Below, in pieces: positions 40,288 through 49,619 of a stretch of 64,000 bases of DNA. The stretch comes from a virus. The notes below the pieces were generated by a model. The model worked only from the letters and a program-made list of their open reading frames with translations. It did not search any database and was not told where the DNA came from. The DNA lies in the IMG/VR virus record IMGVR_UViG_3300042555_002918, positions 1 through 64,000 of that record; one strand, given 5' to 3'. Position numbers and translations under genes: made by a program. Within the stretch, counting starts at the first letter, position 1. Each line of letters opens with the position of its first letter.

Positions 40288-40581
40288 TTACCCTCTCAAA
40301 GGTTCTTTTTTCGATTCGTTGAAATGAGTAGCTGTAATATCAGCAAGAGCCCCATCTAATGTCAGAAATTCACCTAGGCATCTGGTGATAAATTGTGAGC
40401 TGGTTTTGTAAATCTGAACCAGAGCTAGGAAGCGAACATGCTCGCCAGTTTCAGCGGAGGTAATGTAGAAAATTGATCCTACCTGCTTCCCTCTGTAATG
40501 AACCTGTCTACCGTGGGCAGTCTCCGGCCCTAATTCGTAATCGGTATTTGCGATGATAACCTTGTCTGTCTGAGCGGCCAT
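40288..40581 (-). CDS. Late hypothetical protein sharing a module with 48012 and 50796
   Basis: TRCLGEFLTLDGA vs TRRLGEFNTHDEA; GATAAATA at 40589-40596. Confidence 0.65.
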   Translation of the reverse strand: MAAQTDKVIIANTDYELGPETAHGRQVHYRGKQVGSIFYITSAETGEHVRFLALVQIYKTSSQFITRCLGEFLTLDGALADITATHFNESKKEPLRG

Positions 40582-40682
40582 AGCCAGGTATTTATCTTAA
40601 TAAAAGATAAATTTCGTGCGCAATTTGCGTATTTTTCATTGGAACGCTAAAGTGACGTTTGAAGGCGGACGATGGTCTTAGT

Positions 40683-41301
40683 ATGAGACGAAAATATACC
40701 ATCAAAACTATTACATCAGACGGCCAAGAGACAACCCAGACTTTTACCTCCAAACGAGAGGCAAAGCTCTATTGCCAGCAGACCGGACTTCGCCCGGAGC
40801 GCCTGGACGTCGAGATTACAGTCCAAGGTGGTGGAGCTATACAGTCTGAGAGGTTTGTGAAGGAGGCTCGGTCTTATGACGCATAAAAAGCCTAAGTCCC
40901 TCTGGGGCCTAAAACGTATTTCAGGGCTATGGGAGCACATTCGCGACGTTTCTCCAGAGACCGAAGCTCAGTGGCTGAAAACCTTTCAAGAGGATGAGGA
41001 CTACAAAGGAGCTAAGCGAGATTATATAGAATTTAAGGTTTCAAGCTTGCGGCCCAGGTACCAGTCAATCTTGTCTAACTAGACACGGAGGATGAATATG
41101 ACTAACCGACTCACGTTGAAAGAAGCAGCCCAAAAGTCAATTCAAACCAGCGACCTGGTAATGTTTTCCAAGGTAGTCGACCAGCTACGGTCTATGGGCT
41201 TTAACTACGAAGACACCCAAGCCTTCTTTTTTAAGACGACAGGGATCGATGCCAATACCTTTGAAGACCTGTGCTATGAGTCGGACAGGCAATCTCTCTA
41301 G
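40683..41301 (+). CDS. Three small hypothetical genes (40683-40886, 40876-41082, 41092-41301)
   Basis: Tightly packed ORFs behind a TAAAG-N15-GACGAT / GTTTGAAGGCGGAC motif. Confidence 0.55.
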
Positions 41302-41741
41302 TTAGCCTTTAGGTGCTTCTTATATCCTTTCCAGAAAAGCTTTCCCTTCTCGCTTTGGTCACTTGATGGTTTAATCGCTAGCCCCTTCTCTCGGGCATGG
41401 TCATACATTGCCGTGGCGACCCCTCTTCGCTGCCACCCATAGTCAGTATGAAGCTTATGTGCCCGGAAACCCTTTCCCCTAGGGTCCTTGTGAAATATTG
41501 CAAATCCTATCCCATGCTGAGGCCCCATTCCCGCTGGGTGCTCCTTAGCATGTTTTACAATCTCACTCCTGGCATAGCTTGTGTCGTCGGTTGAGGCGTC
41601 GGGATGGTAGGCTACTACCATATGGGCTTTTCTGCCTCGGTCAGATGGGTGGTCAATCTCCTGCATGTGGAGAACGGTACCGCTTGGGAGCTTCTCAGGC
41701 AGCCCAAGGCGCTCAACTATGAATTGTAAGAAGGTCTTCAT
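41298..41741 (-). CDS. GNAT-family acetyltransferase with T4 CTS-like leader
   Basis: WQRRGVATAMY acetyl-CoA motif, QS..GK.FW; N-terminal MKTFLQFIVE; late promoter at 41751-41758. Confidence 0.8.
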   Translation of the reverse strand: MKTFLQFIVERLGLPEKLPSGTVLHMQEIDHPSDRGRKAHMVVAYHPDASTDDTSYARSEIVKHAKEHPAGMGPQHGIGFAIFHKDPRGKGFRAHKLHTDYGWQRRGVATAMYDHAREKGLAIKPSSDQSEKGKLFWKGYKKHLKAN

Positions 41742-41783
41742 GACGGGAGGTATTTATCTCCCGTCGAAGACGACCCATTTTAG

Positions 41784-42224
41784 CTACTTGATCCGCTTGC
41801 ATTTCGACCCACACGCCTTTCGGAGCTTTTTCTCCAAGGTAATACGGGCCTTGTTGTCCGCAGTTGCTGCGTTAAGGTTAGCAGTTGCTGCGTTATAGTT
41901 ACCGGTTAAAGCTTGGTGATCTGCCAGGAGGGAGTTATGAGCCCCCATACAGGCATTAAGGTCTTGGTAATCTGCGTAAAGGATGGCTTCGACGGCTGGA
42001 CCATAGAAAACGCTCATCTCGGTTCGGCCATATTGGTTGTGAGTAAACCAGTTGTAATAGTTGTCCGATGCGACAAAGCACCTCGGAACGTAACCAAAAG
42101 TCTGCCCAAATAAATTCCTTTCCGAATCCGTGATGTAGCACCCAGGAGGGATGCCCTCCGACTGAGCTACGGGAGCCCCTATGACGCAGAAAAGGATTGT
42201 GGCAAGAGTAGTGAGCTTTTTCAT
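41784..42224 (-). CDS. Secreted hypothetical protein with coiled-coil C-terminus
   Basis: Signal peptide; ends LEKKLRKACGSKCKRIK. Confidence 0.65.
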   Translation of the reverse strand: MKKLTTLATILFCVIGAPVAQSEGIPPGCYITDSERNLFGQTFGYVPRCFVASDNYYNWFTHNQYGRTEMSVFYGPAVEAILYADYQDLNACMGAHNSLLADHQALTGNYNAATANLNAATADNKARITLEKKLRKACGSKCKRIK

Positions 42225-42437
42225 ATTTCCCCCTTAAATGAGCCGGTAGACCTATGGTAGGGCACCCCAACATTTGAAATCAACGGCGTTTGCGCATATT
42301 GTTTGAAGGCTGATCGCTAAGTCATTGAAAGGTAATGTTTGACGATCAAACTTTTTCGTTAGAGTCACTTCGAAACGTATACAATTCCAGGTTTCCCTTA
42401 TTGATAGTTTGAAGGCGGACTGCGTATACTTGACGTT

Positions 42438-43184
42438 ATGACGACACAATGGTTTTTTGCTGACGGAAGAAGCTACGAGGGACAGGCCCCGACGGGTGAC
42501 GCTGCGACGGCTACCATCTCGTACATCGATACATGCCCCCGCTGTAATGGAAGCGGTAGATACCCGTCTATCGCATGGGAGGGGAAATGTTTGAAATGCA
42601 ATACAGCAGGCCGCGTCAAGATTACCGCTAGGATTTTCACCAGCGAAGCACTTTCGCGTTTGCAAGCCTCTAAGCAAAAGCGCCAAGCCGCTAAAGAGGC
42701 AAAGCGTCAGGCAGAGAGAGCCGCAAAGGTAGCTGCACTGGAGGAGACTAAAGCGCAATTCACAGCTCAGAACCCAGGGCTTATTGAGAACTTACGCTCT
42801 CACACGGACTCCTTTGCCACTTCGCTTGTTGAGCAGTTTGACCGAAAAGGTACCCTGACTGCAGCCCAGATAGCTGCGGGACAGCGTAAGATTGATCAGA
42901 TTGCAAATGAGCTTCCAAGCGCTCACCTCGGGACAGTCGGGGAACGCCGAGAGTTTACCCTCACGGTGACTTTTACCAAGCTGTCTGAGGGCCGCTTTTG
43001 TAGTACCTTTATTGCCTTTAAGGACAGCGCAGGAAACCGCGTGACATGGAAGGCTTCCGGCTGCTCAGCCCTCCAGGCGGGTGATGTTGTAACCGGCCTC
43101 GCTACCGTCAAGGAGCACTATGAGTACCAAGGTAAGAAACAGACCGCTATCACACGGGCTCAGTTTAGCCTGAAACGGGAGTAG
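42438..43184 (+). CDS. Zn-finger + OB-fold-like protein
   Basis: CPRC.GSG...CLKC; C-terminal G.VGER..F...D..GN..W..S...T.K.H.EY.G..QT...R. Confidence 0.65.
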   Translation: MTTQWFFADGRSYEGQAPTGDAATATISYIDTCPRCNGSGRYPSIAWEGKCLKCNTAGRVKITARIFTSEALSRLQASKQKRQAAKEAKRQAERAAKVAALEETKAQFTAQNPGLIENLRSHTDSFATSLVEQFDRKGTLTAAQIAAGQRKIDQIANELPSAHLGTVGERREFTLTVTFTKLSEGRFCSTFIAFKDSAGNRVTWKASGCSALQAGDVVTGLATVKEHYEYQGKKQTAITRAQFSLKRE

Positions 43185-43209
43185 GCGAGAAATCCGCCGA
43201 GCGCCCTTT

Positions 43210-43467
43210 TTACTCTTCGTCGTCTAGCTTTATGGTATGCACCCCGCGTACTTCTAATATGTCGCGCAAGGTTGTTTCATTTTCGTGCAGGTAATCGCAA
43301 AGCTTTTCAAGAAGCTCTTTCTGCCCCGCCAGGAACGCCTTGTAGAACTCGCCTGTCTTAGATGTGTCCTCGGTAAGCTTGTCGTCTAGCCTAGTCGATG
43401 TCTCATCGACCCAAAACCAAAGGTTTTCGGCGCTTGTGTACTTGTGCTCTTTCCAGTGTCTACTCAT
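43210..43467 (-). CDS. Hypothetical protein
   Basis: ORF directly downstream of 43473 gene. Confidence 0.5.
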   Translation of the reverse strand: MSRHWKEHKYTSAENLWFWVDETSTRLDDKLTEDTSKTGEFYKAFLAGQKELLEKLCDYLHENETTLRDILEVRGVHTIKLDDEE

Positions 43468-43472
43468 GACAA

Positions 43473-43991
43473 TCAGTCCTCATCCTTTGGGTCATACCCC
43501 CACTCGTGAATGGAGTCCCCGTTCGTGAAAACGTGCTTCGCTGGAACTCTCATACTGGCGACTTTGTAATCTCCGTTTAGAGCGCCTTCCCCATGGTCGT
43601 GTGCGTACTCTTTCGAAATAGTGACCCAATCTCCCTTTTGAATCATGTGATGGAGGGGAGACTTGCCGCTCTTCTTAGCTTCCTTGAAAGCGTTTTTATA
43701 GACGTCTGTCGGGATAGCCCGGTGAATCCACACCTTGTCGTCTGGCTTATGTCTCATAGTAGTCACTTTAAAATGAGACTTTGAGTCATACCCATTTCCG
43801 TAATCTGAATAGTACCTAAAGCCTTTATGGGAGTAGAAATCATCCGGGTATGTGCCCTTAGCCGTAACATCGTGCAGGGGTGAGCCATCGGTAGAGTCAG
43901 GTGCGGTATGCTCCCCTCGGTACTCCTTTTCGTTAAGGAATGACCGGATCGCCTCGGCGATAATGTCAGTTTCGGTTCTCTTCTTAGCCAC
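43473..43991 (-). CDS. Putative R-S-E ADP-ribosyltransferase-like protein with targeting leader
   Basis: IHRA, GDWVTIS..YA, HEWGY; N-terminal KKRTETDIIAEAI; TATAAATA at 43999-44006. Confidence 0.55.
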   Translation of the reverse strand: MAKKRTETDIIAEAIRSFLNEKEYRGEHTAPDSTDGSPLHDVTAKGTYPDDFYSHKGFRYYSDYGNGYDSKSHFKVTTMRHKPDDKVWIHRAIPTDVYKNAFKEAKKSGKSPLHHMIQKGDWVTISKEYAHDHGEGALNGDYKVASMRVPAKHVFTNGDSIHEWGYDPKDED

Positions 43992-44022
43992 AGAGGGCTA
44001 TTTATAGAGAGCCGATTCTCAT

Positions 44023-44220
44023 CTATTCCTGAACAGCCGGAGGACTAGGTAACTCCATCCAGAAATCGACCCATGAGAGCTCAGACCCAAGGGCTGAGTA
44101 CTTAAAAGCTCCCCCCACAAAGCACACGATCTGAAAGTTCTCCCCAAAGGCTACAAGGTAAGTGCCCCCTTCGGTGGGGTGCGTAGCCCGGTCATCTTTA
44201 TCGAATTTGTTCCAGTTCAT
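44023..44220 (-). CDS. DUF551-like small protein
   Basis: W....P....YLV....V.FWMELPSPP. Confidence 0.65.
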   Translation of the reverse strand: MNWNKFDKDDRATHPTEGGTYLVAFGENFQIVCFVGGAFKYSALGSELSWVDFWMELPSPPAVQE

Positions 44221-44291
44221 ACACCCTCACATGGCCTTGGGAATAAGGTCCTATGTGAGTGAGTGTACCTGAGATAGTGACCCGTCGAGCA

Positions 44292-44528
44292 TTACCCCTT
44301 TGCTAACTGACGCAAGGCTTCACTCTTTGAAAACTCATTAAAACTGTCCCAGTCCTCTCTCAAATAAGTGAGAACGTGGCTTAGGACCTTGGCGTCCTCT
44401 GCTCCGACCACTAGGGAGTGACCTTTGAGTGCCCCACCCTTAGCCACAATCGATTTAATTGATTCGGTGATGTCAGTCAGTACATCATGAACAGTCTCTG
44501 CCGATGGTACGCCAGTCTTCATCTCCAA
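44292..44528 (-). CDS. Hypothetical protein
   Basis: GGGAATGTTC-N19-TACTCT promoter upstream. Confidence 0.5.
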   Translation of the reverse strand: MEMKTGVPSAETVHDVLTDITESIKSIVAKGGALKGHSLVVGAEDAKVLSHVLTYLREDWDSFNEFSKSEALRQLAKG

Positions 44529-44603
44529 TCCTCATAAAGGTAAATCGCCCGAGGGTAGAGTATGAAATGTGAACAATCGGGGAACATTCCCCTATCGAGT
44601 AAA

Positions 44604-45212
44604 TTATTTGGGGAAATATATCCCGATGCCTTCAGCGATGATGTCCTGTTCCGACACGCTGTCTATGGTGAGGCTCTCGTTAACATTGCCCGAGCGAGCG
44701 TTTATCTTATTTAAAAGATTCTTAGCTGCGCCTAAAAGCTTTGGATGAGCTTTATCAAGAATTTGCAACGTCTCCCCTTTCTCTTTGAAATACGTCTTAG
44801 AGAACTTAGGGTCGTGCTTTGCAATAGAATGACTGTTCGAGATAAGGTCCGCAGCTTTCACTGTATGAGCGATGTGACTCCCAGACTTTATCTTGTCATT
44901 ATAGGCGGCTTTCCGCGTTGCCCTATTTCCATCTACCCCAGGCTTACCCCTGTCCGTTAAGGTTTCAACATCGTCCGCAACTCGCTTCCCGAAATGATGA
45001 TGAATCTCATCATAGGTCGTAGGGGTGTCTTCTAAGGTATCATGGAGCCATGCTACGGCCTTGGCGTGCTCAGTTTCCTGTGGAGTATCCGCCATGGACA
45101 TTGCAGCAACGTCCCGTAGGTGATGCCAGTAGGGTTCCCCGGTGTACTTTCTCTTTTGTTCCCCGTGACGCTCGATAGCAAACTGACGGGCTCTTTTTAC
45201 CAAGTCTGACAT
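44604..45212 (-). CDS. HD-domain small alarmone hydrolase (RelA/SpoT-HD, Mesh1-like)
   Basis: A...H..Q.RK..GEPY..H, A.LHDT.EDT, V..LTD, VK.AD.ISN. Confidence 0.88.
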   Translation of the reverse strand: MSDLVKRARQFAIERHGEQKRKYTGEPYWHHLRDVAAMSMADTPQETEHAKAVAWLHDTLEDTPTTYDEIHHHFGKRVADDVETLTDRGKPGVDGNRATRKAAYNDKIKSGSHIAHTVKAADLISNSHSIAKHDPKFSKTYFKEKGETLQILDKAHPKLLGAAKNLLNKINARSGNVNESLTIDSVSEQDIIAEGIGIYFPK

Positions 45213-45255
45213 ACACTCTAATCTACTTAGACGAGTGTATTTATGAGGAAGATTT

Positions 45256-45711
45256 CTAATCTTCCCGAGCGGGTACGTGCCTCTTTACAAAGAAGCTATG
45301 CCCTACGTCCTTGGACCCCTCTTCGTCTTTTTCAATATCCGGAACGTGGCTTTTGTGAATCCTCACCACTGCTACCGGTGGAGGGTCATCGTGAGAGTGA
45401 AACAGGTGGTCTTCGACCTTATCGGCCCAGGCCTTCGCCGAGGAGCGACTAGAGAGAAATGCTCTTCCCTTGGAATGAGCCGGATACGCCCCAGCAGTAA
45501 ACATGGACTTTGTGCCAGTTCCGCCCGGCTTTAGCCCATGTTGCACTATGGCCTTTGCCGCCGGTTCACTTGTTGCGTGATACAGGTAGTCATCCTCGTC
45601 ATCGCGGTACTTAAGCGAGTCGTATGGGACAAGCTCAAAGCGGGATTTGGGAGAGGTAGCCTCTGTAAACGTCGATATGGCTTCCGCTAATAGGTCATGG
45701 TCTTTTCCCAT
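45256..45711 (-). CDS. Tpt1/ART-fold-like NAD-binding protein with targeting leader
   Basis: YLYHAT....I...GLKP, AFLS; N-terminal DLLAEAI..FTE; late promoter at 45718-45725. Confidence 0.55.
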   Translation of the reverse strand: MGKDHDLLAEAISTFTEATSPKSRFELVPYDSLKYRDDEDDYLYHATSEPAAKAIVQHGLKPGGTGTKSMFTAGAYPAHSKGRAFLSSRSSAKAWADKVEDHLFHSHDDPPPVAVVRIHKSHVPDIEKDEEGSKDVGHSFFVKRHVPARED

Positions 45712-45782
45712 GAGCCATATTTATGACCGGCGGAAAGAGTACTGGGTCGGCTGAGTACTAAGGTTTTACAAGACGGAGTAAC

Positions 45783-45876
45783 GAAAAAGCCAGCCGCCCT
45801 CCCCTCTGACACCGTTCTGCTTCGAGGTGGAGTGCGTGGCAGGAAACGGTAAAAACACCCCCTAGCGGCTGACTGC
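45783..45876 (-). ncRNA. Candidate late-expressed rod-like small RNA
   Basis: GATAAATA at 45880-45887, 11-bp closing stem AGUCAGCCGCU/GGCGGCUGGCU, inner stem accgtt..ctgc/gcagaacggt, U tract. Confidence 0.5.
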
Positions 45877-46013
45877 AGGTATTTATCACCTACGAAATAC
45901 TGGGAATGTGAGGGGAAAGGTCAACTTTTGTAGAAAAGTAGTGTCTAAGCTGTTAAGCTATGTTTGAAGGCGGACGATAGGCTCTATGTAAGCAGTTTAT
46001 AGCGAGGTTCACT

Positions 46014-46283
46014 ATGGCAAAGCAAGTTTACGCACGAGCGACACAGACTGGGAAGCTCTTCCTTGAGCTTGCAACCGTACACTCAAACGAAACGAGCTTT
46101 AAAGAGACCGCTACCTACCTAGGCGACTATGGCTACGTGATTAACCTTAAACGCGGCATGGACAAGATTCAAACCATCCGCTGCAAGCGCCTTAAGGCCT
46201 TCATCTCAGAGGTCGAAGGGGCCGCAAAGGAGCGCTTTGGGTCTCACTATCGGATTCGCGAATTTGTCCTTATTGGCCACTAA
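46014..46283 (+). CDS. Hypothetical protein
   Basis: GAGG SD; motif promoter upstream. Confidence 0.6.
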   Translation: MAKQVYARATQTGKLFLELATVHSNETSFKETATYLGDYGYVINLKRGMDKIQTIRCKRLKAFISEVEGAAKERFGSHYRIREFVLIGH

Positions 46284-46319
46284 CCCCCTTTCTCACGTCT
46301 AGCTTTTAAGAGGTACACC

Positions 46320-46856
46320 ATGGCAACGAACACTCCTTGGGGCAAATCACAAAATTCAACTCAGTTCGCTCGTGGGCTCACCTTCCATACGACCGCCGGG
46401 CACGGTGGGTTCTTGGTTAGTAAGGGCTACGCTGAAAAGCACCTTACCCCAAGTGCCCTTAAACGAGCCGAGGTCTGGGGCGGCTACTATGCCTTCGAGG
46501 AAGATTGCGCCGCTGCAATCGTCGAATTTGAACTCCCCTACACTCGTGTCCTCTACACGAACTTCCAGGAGGTCACCGACGAAAAGGTCTTTAAGACCCT
46601 CTCGCGCTGGTACCCCGACTATCTCATCGAGCGTGGGTTCTCCCCGGAAGCCTCCCTCTACGCTCAGTGGCTTGTCTCTAAAGAAGACCAGAGGCTTAGG
46701 GCTGAGCGCTCCCCGGATCTGATTGTCTGTGCCGAAGGCGTTGATTCCAACACTGTCCGGGTCACAACGGCAGACCGCAAGGAGCACCTGGTTACCTATG
46801 AATCATACCAGCGCCGCGAAGGCCTAAACCTTCTTTCAAAGTGTGTATTAGCCTAA
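46320..46856 (+). CDS. DUF7007-like protein
   Basis: TPWG..Q, T.GHGGF, EEDC, ..WYPD. Confidence 0.7.
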   Translation: MATNTPWGKSQNSTQFARGLTFHTTAGHGGFLVSKGYAEKHLTPSALKRAEVWGGYYAFEEDCAAAIVEFELPYTRVLYTNFQEVTDEKVFKTLSRWYPDYLIERGFSPEASLYAQWLVSKEDQRLRAERSPDLIVCAEGVDSNTVRVTTADRKEHLVTYESYQRREGLNLLSKCVLA

Positions 46857-46862
46857 AGGGAG

Positions 46863-47156
46863 ATGAATATGAGTAAGTACATAAACGTTCACGTTAATAG
46901 CACCCTCTTCCTTGACGCTAAGCACGCTGGGCGAATCGACCACGTGAAATACCGGGAACTGGATAGGACCCCGAGTGCAGGGAAGGCTTTTCAGTTTAGG
47001 AGCAAAGTGGCTGCTCTCAACTTCATAAATGCCCTTGTCGCCTTTGCCACTGACTACCCTTCGACGGTCACCGACCCCGCCTGTAACGGGCATAGGTGGA
47101 TATACGACTTAGGGAATACCCATGGGTTTAAGATCGACTTTCCGACTCACCGGTAA
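46863..47156 (+). CDS. Hypothetical protein
   Basis: Co-oriented ORF with SD. Confidence 0.55.
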   Translation: MNMSKYINVHVNSTLFLDAKHAGRIDHVKYRELDRTPSAGKAFQFRSKVAALNFINALVAFATDYPSTVTDPACNGHRWIYDLGNTHGFKIDFPTHR

Positions 47157-47247
47157 AGAAAGTTGAAAAATTCCAAGATTCCCCTATTCAGCTATGTTTG
47201 AAGGCTGACGATACTTATTCTTACAAGGGCAAAGGATAAGGAGCACT

Positions 47248-47742
47248 ATGTACCAGTACAAAATCCGAGGTATCAGCGACGACCAGACAGAGTGCGATTG
47301 CTGTGGGCGCAAGGGCCTTAAGCGCACGGTCGCTCTTGAAGTGTTCAAAGATGGGGAGTCGCTCCTGGAAGTTACTCGCGTAGGGGTCGACTGCGCAAGT
47401 GTGCTTTTGTCCAGGTCAGGAAAGCCCAAGTCGGCCCGTGCCATTAAGGCTGAAGCGGAGGCCTTAAAGTCCCACGAGGAGCGCCAAAAGGAGATGCTTG
47501 AGCAGGGCTACCAATGGAAGCTCCAGAACAGGATCTCGTCCGATAAGGGCCAGGCGAACCTCTCCTACCATCGCCAATGGAAGACTCCCGATTACCGTAA
47601 CGCCGACACGGGCGTACTGCTTACGGACGGTGTGTCCTATGCACGAATCCCAAGTGACTCGACTCCAGTTCAACCGGAGAGCCCTGAAGGGAGATTCATA
47701 CGGGAGCTTTCAGCTAGGGGCTTTGCTCCGGTAGAGGGATAA
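47248..47742 (+). CDS. Zn-binding hypothetical protein
   Basis: CDCCGRK.LKRTV...G.DCA; AGGAG SD. Confidence 0.65.
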   Translation: MYQYKIRGISDDQTECDCCGRKGLKRTVALEVFKDGESLLEVTRVGVDCASVLLSRSGKPKSARAIKAEAEALKSHEERQKEMLEQGYQWKLQNRISSDKGQANLSYHRQWKTPDYRNADTGVLLTDGVSYARIPSDSTPVQPESPEGRFIRELSARGFAPVEG

Positions 47743-47760
47743 CAACAAAAGGAGATATGT

Positions 47761-48006
47761 ATGACAGTTGAACGACTTGTGCTCTCGCTCGATATCCCAG
47801 TGCGCCTTCAGATAGTAGCCTGGGTCACTATCACTGAGGCTCAAGCGTACATTAAAGCATGTAAGACTGAAGCCCCAGAGCTCCCAACGGAAAGGGCAGC
47901 ATACGACTTTTTAAAGATCATAAGCGCCCTCTCCATGCCAAGTGAGGATTACCGAAAGGTGAAAGACTTTCTATTTGCCGATAGTGAATTACTCGCCGAT
48001 GCGTGA
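47761..48006 (+). CDS. Hypothetical protein
   Basis: AGGAGA SD. Confidence 0.55.
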   Translation: MTVERLVLSLDIPVRLQIVAWVTITEAQAYIKACKTEAPELPTERAAYDFLKIISALSMPSEDYRKVKDFLFADSELLADA

Positions 48007-48011
48007 CGGGG

Positions 48012-49472
48012 TTACTTCTTAGCTCTCTGCCCAGTGGAGATGCCGCGAAATGCGGCATAGGCCCTATTGGAGAGGCGTGCATGACGGGACCTCTTATCCC
48101 CAAGCTCATGGTATCGTGTGTACTCGGGCGTCCCTGGCTTTGCGCCATCGAGCTTGTCCATTTCCCGACCGAGTGAATCGGCTATCTCACTGTGTCGCTG
48201 ATGGACGCTGTAGAGCTTATCCCTAAGGCCGCTTGCCGAACCTGGGTCAGCCGTACCTATTGATTTCCCCGTCGTATAAGAGGGGTGTGAGAGAAAAGAG
48301 GAGTTTCCGTACCAGGCTTCTTTAAGAGCGCCCTTATCGGTTAGGAACTTCTCAACTCGCGTGAGGTGTTGAGAAACGTGACGCCGTCCAGTGCGCTTAT
48401 CCTTGATGGTGTATTTGAAATCTTTGCCTGGATCGGCTTTGGGTCTGGCCTCAATTTCATAATCGGGATGGTCAAATCGGTACACGCCACTAAGTCCATC
48501 TTTTGTCTGGGCTGGGATCTGTTCCGAAAAGCCTAACTTTTTAAGCCGTGCTTTGTAGTTTTCCTCGATGAGGGACTCGGTACCTTCGGAGACGGTACCC
48601 TTAGCGTGCTTTTTCACAAGGTCAGATGCCCACGAGACAACCTTCTTGGGAAAGAACTCGGGGTTATCAAATCCGACTCGGTCAGTGTGGGAGTAATGGA
48701 CGGGATAGTCCGATCTCCAATCGTCCGAGAGGTGATAGAAGGAGTGGTTATCCTTAAGCCGGGTCACGTGAGAGAGGGTGTGCTTACCCTTAGTGCCAAG
48801 CTTTACCTTTTTGAAATCCTTAGACGGAAAAGGCTCATGCTCGGATTCCGCAGCCTCACTCAGGCCGCCGTATTGGCTTGCAGCCCGCTTGGCCTTTTCG
48901 ATCTGGTCTTGGGCTTTCTCCTCTGCGTCCTGGTGAGGTCTAACTGAGGCATAACGACTGAGGTTATGTTTGAATTTTTTGAATTGCTTATCAAACTCTT
49001 CCTCATTACCCGCTTCCTTTGCGCGACCGCCCTTGAGCATGTTTTTCATGCTGTTTCTCATGGTCTTTTGCATGATTCGGTTTAACTTGGTGATCTTTGA
49101 GTCACCGATCTGCTCTTGAAGGTGAGTATCGATAGCTTCAGTGATAATGTCACCTTCGCTCTTCTTCGTAGGCACAGAAACGCCCTCTTCAATCTTGTGA
49201 AACTTCTTAACAGCCGCTACGGCCTCGTCATGTGTGTTAAATTCGCCCAGGCGACGGGTAACATAGTGTGAGATGCCATGTTTGCCTTTTCGCTTAGAGA
49301 CGGCGTAGGCATGGTGGCCCTCTCCCTTGTCGGCCATGGTGGTGACATCCACTCGTGGGATGACGTCAACGTGTCCTACAAGGTCCCCGGCCTCTTTCCC
49401 CTTCATGAGAATGGTACGATTGCCGTGAGCTTTGATCTGATTGATGCCCTCTGCGAGTGTCTGCTTTGCCAT
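48012..49472 (-). CDS. Multi-module putative internal head polyprotein
   Basis: Internal KKSEGDIITEAI..LQE motif; LAE, IEE, LSEA, VSE, LIEE, LKEA sites; TATAAATA at 49480-49487. Confidence 0.7.
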   Translation of the reverse strand: MAKQTLAEGINQIKAHGNRTILMKGKEAGDLVGHVDVIPRVDVTTMADKGEGHHAYAVSKRKGKHGISHYVTRRLGEFNTHDEAVAAVKKFHKIEEGVSVPTKKSEGDIITEAIDTHLQEQIGDSKITKLNRIMQKTMRNSMKNMLKGGRAKEAGNEEEFDKQFKKFKHNLSRYASVRPHQDAEEKAQDQIEKAKRAASQYGGLSEAAESEHEPFPSKDFKKVKLGTKGKHTLSHVTRLKDNHSFYHLSDDWRSDYPVHYSHTDRVGFDNPEFFPKKVVSWASDLVKKHAKGTVSEGTESLIEENYKARLKKLGFSEQIPAQTKDGLSGVYRFDHPDYEIEARPKADPGKDFKYTIKDKRTGRRHVSQHLTRVEKFLTDKGALKEAWYGNSSFLSHPSYTTGKSIGTADPGSASGLRDKLYSVHQRHSEIADSLGREMDKLDGAKPGTPEYTRYHELGDKRSRHARLSNRAYAAFRGISTGQRAKK

Positions 49473-49619
49473 AGAGGTCTATTTATAAAGCCCTCTTTGC
49501 CCTGAGCGACCTTTGCAATTTGACGTTTAGCAAATGTACCCACTGTCCCCCTTTGGGTGCATTTGCTCAGTGTGTACGACTAGCGAGAGCGCTCTTTCCC
49601 TACGGAGATCTGTGATTTA

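Noticed and set aside
45902-45936. GGGAATGTGA-N19-TAGAAA as a 15th promoter of the GGKAATGYTC class
   Set aside because: Both box and hexamer deviate; not counted.
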